64,000 bases of DNA from Eledone cirrhosa (taxonomy: Eukaryota). The translations under genes and the position numbers were made by a program. The stretch spans positions 44,144,001 to 44,208,000 of the forward strand of contig OZ024752.1 of NCBI GenBank assembly GCA_964016885.1, written 5' to 3'. The notes below the pieces were generated by a model. The model was not told the DNA's origin and did no database searches. It was given only the letters and a program-made list of their open reading frames with translations. Shown one piece after another: positions 61,148 to 64,000 of the stretch; the first letter of the stretch is position 1; each line of letters opens with the position of its first letter.

Positions 61148-64000
61148 TCCCACTGGAGAGATGTCTGGACATTTTCATTGAAACTATATAAAGTGAGCTT
61201 ACTTCTTGTTTTTATATTTTCTGATCTGTTATTTTCTTATTGTAATTGGAAGAAATATTTTGTTCTGTAAAATATGCTGTTTTCATCGAAGAACTTTTAT
61301 ATAGAAATGTGCATATTTTATTCACTATGAAAATTAAAATATATCTTATATAGGTGTAGGTCATCATTATCACCAATGTTTAATGTCCATTTTCCAAGCG
61401 AGCATGGCTTAGATAAGCTATCCTGTTGTTAGACTTGCTCAAACAGAACTGATTTTGGCTTGGTTTTCCTTCCTAACACCAACCACATTTACAGTGTGTA
61501 CTGGGTGCTTTGTTGTACACGACCACATTATAACAGGACAGCTCGTCTAACCCATTCTAGCATGGAAAAAAAAAATGGACGTTAAATGATGATGATGAAT
61601 GGGGAGAAAATGAAGTGCTTTACTACTTTTTAAAAAAATATTCCAAACTAAACAAATTCCCTAAAATAAAATTTACAAAATATATTTTTTCAAGAACATA
61701 AAAAAAAATAAAATCCCTAAAACTGTATCAAATATTGATATTATTGCATATAATTAATCTAAATACCATTTTGTATATAAGAGCATCAATCATATTCAAT
61801 TTTAAATATATTAAACAGTTTTTTTGCCAAGTGAGATTATATTAAATTTGAAATTTACTATTTTTAGATTTATGACATTGAGATGTGATGTTTCTATTCA
61901 AACAAGAAGATTATAGAGCTCCTGGTTTAATGTTGAATGTTCTGACATAATAACCACGAAACCTTCAACTATAACTTGATTCTGCTTTCCTGCAATGTTC
62001 AAAAATCAAGTTAATATTCTCAGACAAACACGTGTAACTGTTTTATGATTAAAATAAATATGCTAGGGATAATTGTAATGTATTTCAAATCCTGCCCTGG
62101 TTAACTCTGCCTTATAACGAGAGTAAAGCAATAAAATGTGCCAAACAAGAACTATGATTGTTACATTCAACTCTTAAAAGTGATGTCCTAGCATGGTTAC
62201 TGACCTCCAATGAAAGAATAGGAAACTTCAGTTTTTTAATCTTTAATATAAAGTGTTCTAGCTGGAATCTAGAACTACAAACATTAACCCCTTCTTGTGG
62301 TAATGTTGTTTAACCCACCTACAATATACAATTGGGAGTATCCATTTCCTTCAACACCGGTCTCATAAAAGGGTTTCACTTGAAAGCTAAGAAAGTTACT
62401 GTTCACTTATAGAGTAATCTTGGTACTTACTACAATAAGTTTTGTTCCCAACTATTTTTATTTAAAGTTAGGTACTCTAAGTACGAGTGCTGGAATTACA
62501 AACCATTAATCATTTGGTTTTGTGCTTTATTTTCTTTGCATATTTATCTTAATATGCTCCATTAAATTGCTACCAATATTTTCCTCCAACACATTGGAGT
62601 ATGTGATAAGACATATTTCAGAGGTCATGTTTAATTCGTCACAACGATGCACCTGTCTTAAAATATAAACATCTAATCAGGTGGGTTATTACTCTAAACA
62701 GTTTCCACCTTAACTCCAACATAAATATACTCATTTTTTAATGTCTTCTCTTCAATAGAAGCCAAAATACTCAGCTTCTTTATGAATTCTTTCTACAATT
62801 TCCTTTATTAATAAGATAAATATTTTTACAGACATTAATCAGTTATTGATATGTCCTTTCCAGATATAACTCTTATATTTCACTGTTTTATTACATAGTT
62901 AATATCTTTAAGAGATTTAAAAGTTTTAAATAGTTTAATTCAACCTTATATGACATTCTTATATCATCAACCATTTTCATGTTTATTCAGTTCTGCACAG
63001 ACTTGTTACAGTTTGCAATATTAAAATATAATCAATTTTTATATCAACCTTTTGAGTTTATATTTTTTTCATCTTTGCAAATGTTTATTCTAATCACTGG
63101 AACTTAGCAGTTGTCCATTTTAATAAGTTTTATGTTATATGTTATAACAATCTTAAAATTTGATTACATTCCATGATATTATGAAAAATCCTTTTTTTTT
63201 TCTTTTAATTGCACTTATTTCTACATTTGTAAAACTATGGTGAGGATAATTATCCAAAATGATTAAACTTTTGTGTTGCCTCATTATTAAGATATGTTCC
63301 AGCTTCTTGGTATCAAATTTCTACATAACCTGGACACAATTAGCTATATGTTCAAAATAGTTTTTACTGTATATTCAGTGTAGAATGTTCACACAAAATA
63401 CATTCCACATTGTTTGTTTTAGAATGAACAAGAGCTCATACTAGAGTAGGTAATACTTAAGGTGATGATTTTAGTAATAAGTTCTAAGCTTAATAAACAC
63501 AATAAAATAGCTTTATTCATTTAGTTACATCGTTATCGTAATTCTGCTGAAATACTTTTTTTTTAAATGTATACAAAACATGGAAGATGCGATCAAAATT
63601 AAAAGAAATTCGAAATTGTCACTGCAAATGTTTTGATTTCCATTGGTAATAAGGTAACATCGAGACCTTGCTTTTTGATATAAGGACCTGAAATTGGATT
63701 TAAAACTGTTAGAGTTTGAAGCAAAACTTGAAAAAAGGGATTTAATTTGTTGACGGTTTTAACAAGATATTTTGAAACTAATATTAACTAATATCAACAA
63801 TTTTCAAATAATTTTAGTTTTTCAGGGCTTAAAATGGAGCAGCTATTGTTTGTTTGTATGGCAGAAAGTAAACTAATGCTTGATTAGCCATGAGGAAGAG
63901 ACTTCCGTTGGTTTTTGACGATGAGTACTCTAGTTATTTGATCAATAGAAGAGCTTGTATAAGTGGCTGAGCATTCTACAAACAGGTGTACTGTTTTGTA

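Overview
AT-rich, microsatellite- and repeat-rich animal genomic DNA. The repeat types and gene structures suggest a coleoid cephalopod such as Octopus; this is an inference and was not checked against a database. Three spliced protein-coding genes lie on the + strand: the 3' part of cyclin B3 (1-2759), a complete S-adenosylmethionine synthetase/MAT (26457-38177, 8 exons, 402 aa) and a complete HGSNAT (45986-61147, 17 exons, 597 aa). Introns and intergenic DNA hold a CR1/L2-group APE-RT LINE, several RTE fragments (one with a PHD finger inside its RT region), a Neptune-type Penelope-like GIY-YIG fragment, CRE-like endonuclease fragments, tRNA-derived SINEs, piggyBac/hAT/Tc-type MITEs and minisatellites. 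Best leads: two minimal type I hammerhead ribozyme motifs on either side of the Penelope fragment; an HDV-like pseudoknot heading a twice-inserted 600-bp retroposon in HGSNAT; a MAT gene that seems to lack both known METTL16 feedback elements but has a TATA plus TOP-like start and a structured 3' UTR; an intronic tRNA-like cloverleaf with a GGC anticodon; and a possible spliced antisense non-coding transcript between MAT and HGSNAT.
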